Counted from the stretch's first letter, positions 17,967-28,223 are shown. The stretch is 64,000 bases of DNA from Bacteroidota bacterium (GCA_023251535.1 JAHEYP010000001.1:288868-352867); one strand, 5' to 3'. The notes: generated from the letters alone by a model not told the origin. Numbers and translations: made by a program.

Positions 17967-19298
17967 ATGGAGCAGAAATTTCTTCAATACATTCTTCATC
18001 AGCACCTCTTCAATAAAGAGGATCGTTTGCTATTGACTGTTTCGGGAGGAGTTGATTCGATGGTGATGCTTCACCTATTACATAAGCATGGATTTCAAAT
18101 TACTGTTGCTCATTGCAATTTCGGTTTGCGCGGAAAGGAAAGTGATGGCGACGCTTCATTGGTAGAAGAAACTTGTCAGCAATTAAAAACCCCTTGTTTC
18201 ATTCGTCAATTTGACACAACCCAATTCGCCAATGAAAATGGCATTTCTATTCAGATGGCGGCACGTGAATTGCGTTATTCATGGTTCGAAGAATTACGTA
18301 AAAATCATGGGTTTGATTATATCCTAACTGCACATCATGCCGATGATCAACTGGAGACCATTCTATTGAATTTAGTCCGAGGCAAAGGCCCTTCGGCATG
18401 GAGTGGAATTCCTGTAAAAAACGGATTCATCGTTCGCCCGATGCTATCCCTTTTCAAAGAAGAAATTCATAGCTACGCTAAAGAACAAAATATCTCCTAT
18501 CGCGATGATAGCAGTAATTTAAAATCCGACTACGAAAGAAACTTCATCCGACATCGAATTACTCCACTTCTTAAAGAGTTAAATCCTTCCGCCGTAAATA
18601 CATTTACTCAACTTGGAGAAATGGCAGGCATCAGAGAAGAGATGATTAAAGATTACCTAGAATTAATTAAACCCAAGCTCTTAAAAAGCGAGAATAATTC
18701 ATGGGAAATTGATTTAATGAAGCTCAATAAAAAGTCGGCAGCAGCAGGAATTCTCTATGAGCTTATTTCACAAAAAGGATTTACCTATGAGCAATGCAGT
18801 TCAATAATTGATACTGGTAAAGAATCAAGCGGAAAACAATATTTAAGTGGAGATTATCGCGCCATTGTCAACCGTGGAACATTAGTTATTAAAGAAAAAG
18901 TCAGCAAGGGAATTAGCACTGTTGCTTTCACTTTGAATGAAAAAGAAGTCCTTTTTGCTCACGGAAAAATTAACATTAGGCTTACCGATAAAACATCTAT
19001 CGACTACAAAAACTTGGCCTCCAACGAGGCTTGCATGGATGCAGAATTAATTGGGACAAGCCTCCACATCAGAGGATCACAAATGGGCGATTCCTTCATG
19101 CCGCTGGGGATGAATCACAAAAAACTGCTCAGTGATTTTTACATCGACAAAAAAATGTCGATCTTCGAAAAAGAAGAAACCGGATTACTGGTTAACGAAA
19201 ATGACATTATTTGGGTAATTGGGCATCGTATCGACCAACGTTATCGCATTACCGAAAAAACAAAAAAAGTACTACATCTTACATGGATACCGGAATGA
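17967..19298 (+). CDS. tilS: tRNA(Ile)-lysidine synthetase
   Basis: PP-loop SGGVDS, 'AHCNFGLRG', 'AARELRY', 'TAHHADDQLET', 'RNFIRH'. Confidence 0.95.
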   Translation: MEQKFLQYILHQHLFNKEDRLLLTVSGGVDSMVMLHLLHKHGFQITVAHCNFGLRGKESDGDASLVEETCQQLKTPCFIRQFDTTQFANENGISIQMAARELRYSWFEELRKNHGFDYILTAHHADDQLETILLNLVRGKGPSAWSGIPVKNGFIVRPMLSLFKEEIHSYAKEQNISYRDDSSNLKSDYERNFIRHRITPLLKELNPSAVNTFTQLGEMAGIREEMIKDYLELIKPKLLKSENNSWEIDLMKLNKKSAAAGILYELISQKGFTYEQCSSIIDTGKESSGKQYLSGDYRAIVNRGTLVIKEKVSKGISTVAFTLNEKEVLFAHGKINIRLTDKTSIDYKNLASNEACMDAELIGTSLHIRGSQMGDSFMPLGMNHKKLLSDFYIDKKMSIFEKEETGLLVNENDIIWVIGHRIDQRYRITEKTKKVLHLTWIPE

Positions 19299-19771
19299 GT
19301 GCATTGAAATACGACGAAAAACAAACGCTGGGATACAACAGCTATTCTACCAGCCGTAGGACGGTATTAGCCATCTTTTGCTTTGTGGCCTATTACTATA
19401 CCGAAAATCGATCGCAAGATGCCGATTTGCTTTTTGTTGTCGGAATCTTCATTCTACTTTTAAGTATCGCACTTATTTTCGTGACTTATCTGCGAATTTC
19501 ACTTACTGATAGCGAAATCATCCTTTCGAACCTGTGGAACAACAAGAAAATCAAACTTTCATACAGTGAGATTCAATCGATTGAGGCCACTGTTTATAGT
19601 AAATACCATCTAAACAACCCGGCCTTTAACGTTCACCAAGACGGGCAAATTAAATTCTACGCTGCCGGTAGCCAGGCGGTGAAAATTGCCCTCAAAAACG
19701 GTGAAAACTACCTTATTGGCAGCTATCACCCCGACAGAATCATTCAAATTGTTAAGGAACAGTCAAAGTAA
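19295..19771 (+). CDS. Small membrane protein (two TM segments and a PH-like beta domain), translationally coupled to tilS
   Basis: ATGA overlap with the tilS stop; two hydrophobic helices; 'AVKIALKNGENYLIGS..P' tail. Confidence 0.65.
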   Translation: MSALKYDEKQTLGYNSYSTSRRTVLAIFCFVAYYYTENRSQDADLLFVVGIFILLLSIALIFVTYLRISLTDSEIILSNLWNNKKIKLSYSEIQSIEATVYSKYHLNNPAFNVHQDGQIKFYAAGSQAVKIALKNGENYLIGSYHPDRIIQIVKEQSK

Positions 19772-19793
19772 CAAACGACATCCTTAAATTCCC

Positions 19794-19801
19794 TATTTTT
19801 G
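19794..19801 (+). promoter_or_regulatory. Bacteroidota -7 promoter box
   Basis: TATTTTTG 30 nt upstream of the DHS-like gene. Confidence 0.6.
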
Positions 19802-19830
19802 CCCCTTCAAAATTATAATACAATACAAGT

Positions 19831-20805
19831 ATGCAACGAGGACCGATTTCTCAATTTATGGAGAAGCACTACCTGCATTTCAATGCAGCAGCAATGGTAG
19901 ATGCCGCGAAAGGATATGAACAACACTTACTGGAAGGAGGTAAAATGATGATTACCCTTGCCGGAGCGATGAGTACCGCTGAATTAGGTATTTCATTGGC
20001 GGATATGATCCGTGCCGGAAAGGTTGATATTATCTCTTGTACAGGAGCTAACCTCGAAGAGGACATCATGAACTTAGTTGCGCACTCGCACTACAAAAGA
20101 GTTCCTCACTACCGCGATTTGAGTCCGCAGGATGAGTGGGAATTATTAGAAGGTGGCTTTAACCGTGTAACCGACACTTGTATTCCTGAAGAAGAAGCAT
20201 TCCGCAGAATTCAAAAGCATATTCACAAGCAATGGAAAAATGCTGAAGATGCAGGTGAACGTTTCTTCCCGCATGAGTATATGTACAAAATGTTACTCAG
20301 CAAAGAGATGGAACAATACTATGAAATCGATCCGAAAAACAGCTGGATGTTAGCTGCTGCGGAAAGAAATCTTCCGATCATTGTTCCAGGTTGGGAAGAC
20401 AGTACTATGGGAAACATCTTCGCTTCATATTGTATCAAAGGACAGTTAAAGCCTTCTACAATGAAAAGCGGAATTGAATACATGACGTGGTTAGCTGACT
20501 GGTATATTAAAAACTCAGGAGGTAAAGGCGTAGGATTCTTCCAAATCGGCGGTGGTATTGCCGGCGACTTCCCAATCTGCGTAGTTCCGATGTTATATCA
20601 AGACATGGAAATGACAGATATTCCTTTCTGGGGATACTTCTGCCAAATCAGTGATTCAACTACCAGCTACGGATCATATTCGGGAGCGGTACCAAACGAA
20701 AAAATCACGTGGGGAAAACTCGACATTCACACTCCGAAATTTATCGTTGAGTCGGATGCATCGATTGTTGCTCCATTAATTTTTGCGTGGATCTTAAAAC
20801 AATAA
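19831..20805 (+). CDS. Deoxyhypusine synthase family protein (probable homospermidine synthase-type)
   Basis: 'TLAGAMST', 'CTGANLEEDI', 'NRVTD', 'IGGGIAGDF', 'GSYSGAVPNEKITWGK' with the catalytic-type Lys. Confidence 0.9.
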   Translation: MQRGPISQFMEKHYLHFNAAAMVDAAKGYEQHLLEGGKMMITLAGAMSTAELGISLADMIRAGKVDIISCTGANLEEDIMNLVAHSHYKRVPHYRDLSPQDEWELLEGGFNRVTDTCIPEEEAFRRIQKHIHKQWKNAEDAGERFFPHEYMYKMLLSKEMEQYYEIDPKNSWMLAAAERNLPIIVPGWEDSTMGNIFASYCIKGQLKPSTMKSGIEYMTWLADWYIKNSGGKGVGFFQIGGGIAGDFPICVVPMLYQDMEMTDIPFWGYFCQISDSTTSYGSYSGAVPNEKITWGKLDIHTPKFIVESDASIVAPLIFAWILKQ

Positions 20806-20817
20806 TTGATTAGATAA

Positions 20818-21552
20818 ATGTCTGATTCGTTAATCATCATCCCCACTTACAACGAGAAGGAGAACATAGGTCGTATGTTACATACGGTTATGAATCTACC
20901 TCACCCGTTTCACGTGCTTATTGTGGATGACAATTCGAAAGACGGGACATCACAAATAGTAAAAAATATTCAGCGCGAGTTTCCCGACAGGATCTTCATG
21001 GAAGAGAGAGCAGGGAAACTCGGGTTGGGTACTGCATATATTCACGGATTCAAGTGGGCACTGAAGAAGAATTATTCGTTCATCTTCGAGATGGATGCCG
21101 ATTTCTCGCACAATCCCGATGACCTGATTCGCTTGTATAACGCTTGCGCTAACGACGGTGCCGATATGAGTATTGGATCGAGATACATCACCGGCGTGAA
21201 TGTTGTAAACTGGCCGATGGGTCGTGTGATGATGTCGTATTTCGCATCGAAATATGTACGAATCGTTACAGGAATGCAAATCAGAGATACTACTGCAGGA
21301 TTTAAATGCTACTCTCGAAAAGTACTTGAGGCTATCAACTTCGACAAGATTCGTTTCACGGGATATGCCTTTCAGATAGAAATGAAATTTGCTGCATGGA
21401 AATTAGGATTTAAAATAAAAGAAGTGCCAATCATTTTCACCGACCGTAGCGAAGGACAATCGAAGATGAGCGGAGGGATTTTCAAAGAAGCAATCTTCGG
21501 AGTACTCTCCATAAAAATTAAAAGCTGGTTTTCCAGTTACAAAAAAAGGTAA
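20818..21552 (+). CDS. Polyprenol monophosphomannose synthase (Dpm1-like GT2)
   Basis: 'IIPTYNEKENI', 'VDDNSKDGT', 'KLGLGTAY', 'EMDADFSH', 'GSRY', 'GYAFQIE', 'EVPIIFTDR'. Confidence 0.9.
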   Translation: MSDSLIIIPTYNEKENIGRMLHTVMNLPHPFHVLIVDDNSKDGTSQIVKNIQREFPDRIFMEERAGKLGLGTAYIHGFKWALKKNYSFIFEMDADFSHNPDDLIRLYNACANDGADMSIGSRYITGVNVVNWPMGRVMMSYFASKYVRIVTGMQIRDTTAGFKCYSRKVLEAINFDKIRFTGYAFQIEMKFAAWKLGFKIKEVPIIFTDRSEGQSKMSGGIFKEAIFGVLSIKIKSWFSSYKKR

Positions 21553-21593
21553 GACATACATCTTACCTTTTTTTATTTCCATAGGAATAATCG

Positions 21594-22679
21594 TTAAACG
21601 AACTTATCCCCTTTTTTCATTTTCACATCACTCACAAACTGACGAATTTGTTGCTCATCCGTCTTGCGGCAAACTAGAAGAATATTATCAGATTCAACAA
21701 CGATATAATCGTCGAGTCCCTGCAATACAACTAATTTATCTTTTGGAACATTCACGATACAATTATGCGTATCGTATGTTAATACCGATTTCCCTACGAT
21801 TGCATTTTTATGTTCATCGTGTTTTACATGTTCATATAAAGAACCGTAAGTACCTAAGTCGCTCCATCCGAATTCAGCACTCATCACATGCACATTCTTC
21901 GCTTTCTCCATGATGGCAAAGTCGATAGAAATATTAGTGCATTGCTCATACGCTTTATGGATAAAATCATTTTCGGCTGCTGTATCGTATGCTGCTTGAC
22001 CTTCACTGAAGATAGCATCCATCTCAGGCAAATGCTCTTTGAAAGCTTTTACAATTGATTTAGCACTCCAGATAAAAATACCTGCGTTCCACAAAAACTC
22101 TCCTGTTTGAAGGAAGAACTTCGCCATTTCAAGATCAGGCTTTTCGGTAAAGGTTTTCACCTTCGAAATTTTATTTACCTGTTCTGATTTATCATCAATA
22201 AACTGAATATAACCATAACCTGTATCGGGGCGACTAGGCTTAATTCCTAGTGTTAACAATACATCTTTATCGGCTGTAAAATCGAGACAACCTTTTACTG
22301 CATCAACAAAGGCCTGCTCTTTCAAGATCACATGATCAGAAGGAGCAACAACCATATTTGCATCAGGGTTACGCTTTAAAATTTTATTTGCTGCGTAAGC
22401 GATACAAGGAGCGGTATTACGACGAGAAGGCTCCGACAAAACTTGATCGGGCTTCATATCGGGAAGTTGTTCGAGAACGAGAGAAGTATAATCGGCGTTA
22501 GTAACAACAATTATATTTTCCTTCGGACAAACCTGCAAGAAGCGCTCATAGGTTTGTTGAATTAACGTTTTTCCGGTTCCCAGGATATCAAGAAACTGTT
22601 TAGGACGGGCGTTACGGCTCATAGGCCAAAAGCGGCTTCCTACTCCACCGGCCATAATTACACAATAGTTATTTTTCAT
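21594..22679 (-). CDS. manC: Mannose-1-phosphate guanylyltransferase
   Basis: 'IMAGGVGSRFWPMSR..PKQFL', 'RNTAPCI', 'PSDH', 'TGYGYI', 'FTEKP', 'WNAGIF', 'WSDLGT'. Confidence 0.92.
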   Translation of the reverse strand: MKNNYCVIMAGGVGSRFWPMSRNARPKQFLDILGTGKTLIQQTYERFLQVCPKENIIVVTNADYTSLVLEQLPDMKPDQVLSEPSRRNTAPCIAYAANKILKRNPDANMVVAPSDHVILKEQAFVDAVKGCLDFTADKDVLLTLGIKPSRPDTGYGYIQFIDDKSEQVNKISKVKTFTEKPDLEMAKFFLQTGEFLWNAGIFIWSAKSIVKAFKEHLPEMDAIFSEGQAAYDTAAENDFIHKAYEQCTNISIDFAIMEKAKNVHVMSAEFGWSDLGTYGSLYEHVKHDEHKNAIVGKSVLTYDTHNCIVNVPKDKLVVLQGLDDYIVVESDNILLVCRKTDEQQIRQFVSDVKMKKGDKFV

Positions 22680-22757
22680 AGTAAAAATCAAAGTTGGCTT
22701 CTATACGAAATACAAGATAAATTGTTCCGAAGAAGCGTTAGAATTTCAACTGATGCA

Positions 22758-24044
22758 CTAAGAGAGGCTGCTGAGTGCAGTTCTCAAGGTCTCGAGCATA
22801 GAAGGAATCATTTCCTTTTTGCACGTCCCTACCGACAAGCGATACCACGTAGAATCCTTCGAAGCACCGAAAGCGGCAAACGGAACGATAGCCATTTTAG
22901 CCTCATTCAAGATAAACGCAGTAATGTCTTCGGATGTTGCTAACACTTTGCCTGATGCAGTTTTCTTTCCCTTCAAATCGAATTGAACGGTAAGATAGAT
23001 AGCAGCCATCGGCTCGATACATCTAACACCTAAACCTGCATTATGCATCTCGGTAAATCCGTCGTAAAAAGCATGCAAACGATCTTCCACTTCCTTCTTG
23101 AAGTTGATCATATATTCTTCCACAGCAGCAGTATTTGCCATGAATCGACCGGCAGCCACTTGTTCAGCCTTCGGCGACCAAGCACCTACGTGTGAAAGAA
23201 TTGATTTCATTTTATCGATCACATTCACCGGACCGAAAGCCCAGCCTACACGAATACCAGTAGCGGCAATCGACTTCGATAATCCATCAACAAAAATGGT
23301 ATAAGGGCGTAAATCGGGACATAAGGAAACAGGATCATAGTGATTATTATCGCCAAAAGTGAGCGCGCTGTAAATCTGATCATACATCAAATACAACGGT
23401 TTTTCATCAGGGCGACGACTATTATTCTCCTCTAAAACCATATCGCAAATCACCTGCAATTGATCCTTTGTAAATACAGTTCCCGTAGGATTCTGAGGAG
23501 AGCAAAGCGCGAGTAAAACAGCACCCCTTAAGTGAGGGCGAATAGCATCTGCCGTAGGCATGAAATTATTCTCAGGCAACGCTTCAACAGCAACACCTTT
23601 CGCTTGCATTAAATGACAATAGTGATTGTTATTCCAGCTTGGCACAGGATAAATTACTTTATCACCTGGATCGATAAGCGTAGAATAGATTCCATAGATT
23701 ACAGGACGTGCACCACCTGCGATTAACACCTCATCGGGGCTGTACTTCAATCCTTGGAAACGCTCAATAAACGCAGAAACTTCCTTGCGCAAGTCGAGCA
23801 TTCCGTTAGCAACGGGATAATTCGTATGACCTTCTTGATAGGCTTTAATGATTTCATCACGCAATACAGTAGGAATCGGGAAAACAGCAGGATCGAAATC
23901 GCCAATGGTGAGATTGGCTATTTTTTCACCTTTCTTGATTAATTCGTTAACCTCATTTGCGAGCTTAATAATTTCAGATCCGATTAAATGTTCTGCCATG
24001 TGAGAAACAGGAAAAACGGAGGGCTTTTGAAGAGTAGTTGACAT
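22758..24044 (-). CDS. PLP-dependent aminotransferase class I/II
   Basis: 'NLTIGDFD', 'SPQNPTG', 'YDQIY', 'GLSKSIAATGIRVGW', 'YRLS'. Confidence 0.9.
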   Translation of the reverse strand: MSTTLQKPSVFPVSHMAEHLIGSEIIKLANEVNELIKKGEKIANLTIGDFDPAVFPIPTVLRDEIIKAYQEGHTNYPVANGMLDLRKEVSAFIERFQGLKYSPDEVLIAGGARPVIYGIYSTLIDPGDKVIYPVPSWNNNHYCHLMQAKGVAVEALPENNFMPTADAIRPHLRGAVLLALCSPQNPTGTVFTKDQLQVICDMVLEENNSRRPDEKPLYLMYDQIYSALTFGDNNHYDPVSLCPDLRPYTIFVDGLSKSIAATGIRVGWAFGPVNVIDKMKSILSHVGAWSPKAEQVAAGRFMANTAAVEEYMINFKKEVEDRLHAFYDGFTEMHNAGLGVRCIEPMAAIYLTVQFDLKGKKTASGKVLATSEDITAFILNEAKMAIVPFAAFGASKDSTWYRLSVGTCKKEMIPSMLETLRTALSSLS

Positions 24045-24063
24045 TGGTATAAATACTATGTTG

Positions 24064-24071
24064 CAAACCTA
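24064..24071 (-). promoter_or_regulatory. Bacteroidota -7 promoter box
   Basis: TAGGTTTG on the minus strand, 20 nt upstream of the aminotransferase ATG. Confidence 0.6.
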
Positions 24072-24276
24072 CATAAAAGAAGGCGGAAGGCCTCGTTTTT
24101 TATGGTATTTTATGAGGAATTTTTATTGTGGATGTTGATAAATTTTACGGTCGCGACAGCCATTCTGCAATTCATGTATTTTGATATCAGTGCTTTAAGT
24201 AGTTTGGGTTGATAATTGTTAGAAATATTCAGCTAGGAGGCATCGGATGGGCTGAATAGTATCCTAATTTTGCTGC

Positions 24277-25488
24277 ATGAGATCGAAACCGGTTTATCTG
24301 ATTTTTTCGTTGCTGATGGCATTATTCTTTACCAATGCTTTGGCGGGTAAAGTTCAAAAAAAGGCAGTGGTAGCAAAAGTGTATCCTGTTATTACCGAAC
24401 CCGCACTTCAGGACATACTAACGCGTGCAGTTCAGAGCTGGCAAGCAGGTAATGCGTCGGATGCATATGCTACTCTCGATAGCATCAACTACCAAGAGTT
24501 GAATGAAACGAATGCCTCCTCGAAAGCGAAGGCAGCACTATGGACAGCCACCTATTTACAAGCTCAATATAAATTTCGTCAAGCGGCTATTTACCTTGAT
24601 AGTGCAATGATGTTTTCGACGAAATTTTCGAAAGCAGATGAATTGAAACGCACCTACGAAGCTTATTCATCGTACTATTTAGCAACAGGAAATGCAAAAG
24701 GAGCTATTGCGTCGATGCAAGCGGCAACTAAAATTAAAGACAGCATTTCACAAGCTGCATCTGCTCAAACCATCGACTCATTACAAAAGGCAGTTGCAAA
24801 ATATCGTCAAGAATCAGAAAATGCTGTACCTGCAGAAAGTGTTACCGATAATAAAAATGTAAATGCCATTGGCACCACTACCATTATGCTGGGTGTTGTT
24901 ATCGGCTTATTATTAATTGTGGTTTTAATGCTTTACGGAAAACTACAACGCTTACGCAGCCTTCCTCCTGCTCCTATTACGCGAAAAATTGAAAAGCCTA
25001 CTCCGACGCCAGCACAAGAAAAGAAACAAGAATCGGCGTCAGGAGAAGAAAACAAAACGAGCAAGCCAGAAACAGGCTTTCCGAAACTAGAACAACAAGT
25101 AATAGCTCATGCTCCAAATAACCTAACGGCACGCCTATCCGAAGTTGAATTAGTTTTAATCAGAGCAGATGTTCTAAGTAATTATGGTGATCAAAAATCG
25201 ATTAAGAGTTTATTAACGGAATACAATACACAGTTACCGTTGATCATGAAAAATCTCGATGATTCAATTACCTTAAACGAAAACGAACCAATTATTAGAT
25301 CTCTCGAATACTTGAAGCCTTACTTATCGGCTTTCGGAATGCAGAGCACTTTAGTGATGTTAAAAGAAATAGAAGACGAAGCGCCAACATCGAAGCCGAC
25401 AAAATTATTATCGAGAGTTTTTCAAGTGAGAAATCACTGCCGCCGAGCGCTCGACGAATCGAAATCGCTTCTCGAAAAAATCAACTGA
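24277..25488 (+). CDS. Membrane protein with periplasmic TPR-like region, single TM, Pro/Glu/Lys linker and degenerate HPt-like C-terminal domain
   Basis: Signal peptide; TPR-like helices ending 'KIKDSI'; TM 'IMLGVVIGLLLIVVLMLY'; C-terminal 'IIRSLEYLKPYLSAFGM'. TAATTTTG box at 24265-24272. Confidence 0.7.
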   Translation: MRSKPVYLIFSLLMALFFTNALAGKVQKKAVVAKVYPVITEPALQDILTRAVQSWQAGNASDAYATLDSINYQELNETNASSKAKAALWTATYLQAQYKFRQAAIYLDSAMMFSTKFSKADELKRTYEAYSSYYLATGNAKGAIASMQAATKIKDSISQAASAQTIDSLQKAVAKYRQESENAVPAESVTDNKNVNAIGTTTIMLGVVIGLLLIVVLMLYGKLQRLRSLPPAPITRKIEKPTPTPAQEKKQESASGEENKTSKPETGFPKLEQQVIAHAPNNLTARLSEVELVLIRADVLSNYGDQKSIKSLLTEYNTQLPLIMKNLDDSITLNENEPIIRSLEYLKPYLSAFGMQSTLVMLKEIEDEAPTSKPTKLLSRVFQVRNHCRRALDESKSLLEKIN

Positions 25489-25493
25489 TAAAA

Positions 25494-25521
25494 AAAAGAC
25501 ATTCATTGCTGAATGTCTTTT
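25494..25521. terminator. Bidirectional terminator between convergent genes
   Basis: AAAAGACATTCA-TTGC-TGAATGTCTTTT. Confidence 0.85.
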
Positions 25522-25534
25522 TATGCTTTATGTA

Positions 25535-26884
25535 TTATTTAAAATACTCTAACATTGAAATTATTTTCTCTTCTACTTCAGGAGTATTCCACTTATTCTC
25601 GATATCAGGCATATTCATTACTTGTTGCATAATCGATTCTTGCTTTTGTCCTTCGCGATATGCTTCGCTGTATCTGATATGCGGACTATACGTTACCATA
25701 GTGTACAATGGAATCCATTTATCGGGATGTTTTTCACTAAACCAATTCTCGATTTTCTTTTGCAATAAGAAAGAAGGCTTACCTACTCTATCACGCATCT
25801 CAACAAAATTATCGAGTGCAAGTTGAGCGATAGCATCAGAATCAGGCTTACGTGACTTCTGGAATTCTTCAAAGATAGTATCCCAATCTTCTCCGTATTT
25901 CTCCATCATCTTATCGAGCACCACACAATCTTCAAATCCGCAATTCATACCTTGTCCATAGAAAGGAACAATACCATGTGCTGAATCACCCACCATCAAG
26001 AATTTATCTTGATATCTCCATGGATAACAACGAACTGTCATCAATGAAGAAGTAGGATTCGTAAAGAATTCTTTCTCAAGATTCGGAATCATTGGAACGA
26101 AATCGGCGAAATTCGTTTTAAAGAATTCCAATGCTTTCTCTTCTGAATTAATTGTTTTAAATGACGTCTCACCATCGAAAGGAAAAAACAATGTACAAGT
26201 AAACGATTTATCCATGTTTGGCAAAGCAATCAACATATACGAATCGCGTGGCCAGATATGCAAAGCATTCGGCTCCATAGCAAACTCACCGCTTGCTGTT
26301 GGAGGAATGGTTAACTCTTTATAGCCATGTTCGAGATACGTTTGAGAATACGTAAATAAATCGGTAGACAATTGCATTTGCAAACGACCAGCAGAAAACG
26401 CACCATCGGTAGAGAACACGCGATCTGCAGATACTTCAACAATTTCTTTAGTGTCGTTATCTTCAAAATGAGCAACGGCAGTTTTCAAATCAATATGCGT
26501 ACAACGTTTATTGAAATGAATTTTCACACCATGCTTCTCTGCAAGATCCATCAATACACAATTCAATCCTCCTCGAGAAACCGAATTGATAGCTTGACCA
26601 TCTTTACCATAAGCTTGATACGTCAACTTCCCGTCTTTGCTATGCATCATACGTCCTGCCATTGGAATAGCGACCTTTTTAATTTCGTCGACAATACCGA
26701 CACCTGCTAGTCCTGCCCAGCCTCTATCACTTAAAGCTAAGTTGATAGATCGTCCGGCGCTGATACGATTTTTACGTAAATCGGGACGACGTTCATAAAC
26801 AGTAACGTTATAACCTCGCTTTGCGAGATAAATACTTAACAAAGATCCAACGAGTCCGGACCCGATAAGTGTAAAATTCTTCAT
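25535..26884 (-). CDS. kmo: Kynurenine 3-monooxygenase
   Basis: GSGLVG FAD motif, 'GRSINLALSDRG', 'HGYKEL', 'ALHIWPR', 'GDSAHGIVPFYGQGMNCGFED', 'NFVEMRD'. Confidence 0.95.
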   Translation of the reverse strand: MKNFTLIGSGLVGSLLSIYLAKRGYNVTVYERRPDLRKNRISAGRSINLALSDRGWAGLAGVGIVDEIKKVAIPMAGRMMHSKDGKLTYQAYGKDGQAINSVSRGGLNCVLMDLAEKHGVKIHFNKRCTHIDLKTAVAHFEDNDTKEIVEVSADRVFSTDGAFSAGRLQMQLSTDLFTYSQTYLEHGYKELTIPPTASGEFAMEPNALHIWPRDSYMLIALPNMDKSFTCTLFFPFDGETSFKTINSEEKALEFFKTNFADFVPMIPNLEKEFFTNPTSSLMTVRCYPWRYQDKFLMVGDSAHGIVPFYGQGMNCGFEDCVVLDKMMEKYGEDWDTIFEEFQKSRKPDSDAIAQLALDNFVEMRDRVGKPSFLLQKKIENWFSEKHPDKWIPLYTMVTYSPHIRYSEAYREGQKQESIMQQVMNMPDIENKWNTPEVEEKIISMLEYFK

Positions 26885-26987
26885 GAGATTAATTATGAAT
26901 TTGCGATTGAGTGCCCCAAATTAGTGAAAACCCTTTGAATAAATCCTTAGTTTTGTAAATCCTGATTAATATCAAACAAAATTCTTC

Positions 26988-28223
26988 ATGTCACAGGTAC
27001 GATTAGTGCTTCTTGCGATACTTATAAGCTGTTTTTCTACCATCTCCTACGCACAAACAAAAATATTATTCGATGCTTCAAAAGCCGAAGCGGCGGGCAA
27101 TGCCGATTGGGTGATTGATGCTGATGCTCACAATATTGGTTATTTCAACGGACCTGCTCAAATTGGGGGCACCGAATCGAATGCGCAAAAGATTCCTACT
27201 CCATTGCAAGCGACAATTACGACGAGTACCGCAGAAACCTATTGGATGGGAGGAATATCTAATTGGGGAATTGATTGCGTTAAGAAAGGATATACAGTAG
27301 AATCACTTCCATACAATGGAGCCATCACATACGGACAATCGAGCAATACACAAGACCTTTCAAACTATAAGGTATTTGTTATTTGCGAACCGAATATTTT
27401 ATTTACTGCGGCTCAAAAAACGGCAATGCTTCAATTCGTTCAAAATGGAGGAGGATTGTTTATGGTATGTGATCATGGAAATAGCGATCGCAACGGAGAT
27501 GGGTACGATTCGCAAATGATATGGAACGACTTCATGACGAACAATAGTGTGCAAGCTAATCCTTTTGGATTTTCATTCGACTCACTCGACTTCTCACAAA
27601 CAAGCAACAACATTGCAAGCATTGCAACCGATACTATACTTCATGGGCCTTATGGAAATGTAACATCAATCGATTTCAACGGCGGTACTGCAATGACGTT
27701 ATATCCATCTGTTAATGCGAATGTAAAAGGACTGATTTATAAAAGTGGTAGCAGCAGTACAGGGAATACGAATGCACTAATGGTTCGCTCGAGATATGGA
27801 CTCGGAAAAGTTGCTGCCATTGGAGATAGCTCACCTGCTGATGACGGAACAGGAGATGCAAATGATGTTTTATACGACGGATATATTACTGGTGCTAACG
27901 GCAACAATCGCAAAGCCATCATGAATGCAACGTATTGGTTAGCGACGAATAATAATGTAACAGGAATATCGGACAATGAAACTACATCATTTAATATTTT
28001 TCCGAATCCTGCACAAGAAGAACTTACAATCATTCCATTCAATGAAATTAAGATCGGCACATTTACGTTAGTAAATATTTTAGGAGAAGAAATATTTTCA
28101 GAAAGCCTAAACGGCCAAGATCGTATATCCGTTAACGTTAGTTCCTTTAGCAATGGAATATATTTCGCCAGTATTTTATCTGAAGGAAATAAAAGCTCAC
28201 GGAAAATTATTGTAGCGCATTAA
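26988..28223 (+). CDS. T9SS type A protein with class I GATase-like (ThuA/GIFT-like) domain of unknown function
   Basis: Signal peptide; 'ILFDASKAEAAGNADWVID', 'EPNILFT', 'FVQNGGGLFMVCDH..SDRNGDG', 'GKVAAIGDSSP.DDG'; CTD 'IFPNPA...NILG...GIYF...KIIVAH'. TAGTTTTG box at 26948-26955. Confidence 0.8.
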   Translation: MSQVRLVLLAILISCFSTISYAQTKILFDASKAEAAGNADWVIDADAHNIGYFNGPAQIGGTESNAQKIPTPLQATITTSTAETYWMGGISNWGIDCVKKGYTVESLPYNGAITYGQSSNTQDLSNYKVFVICEPNILFTAAQKTAMLQFVQNGGGLFMVCDHGNSDRNGDGYDSQMIWNDFMTNNSVQANPFGFSFDSLDFSQTSNNIASIATDTILHGPYGNVTSIDFNGGTAMTLYPSVNANVKGLIYKSGSSSTGNTNALMVRSRYGLGKVAAIGDSSPADDGTGDANDVLYDGYITGANGNNRKAIMNATYWLATNNNVTGISDNETTSFNIFPNPAQEELTIIPFNEIKIGTFTLVNILGEEIFSESLNGQDRISVNVSSFSNGIYFASILSEGNKSSRKIIVAH

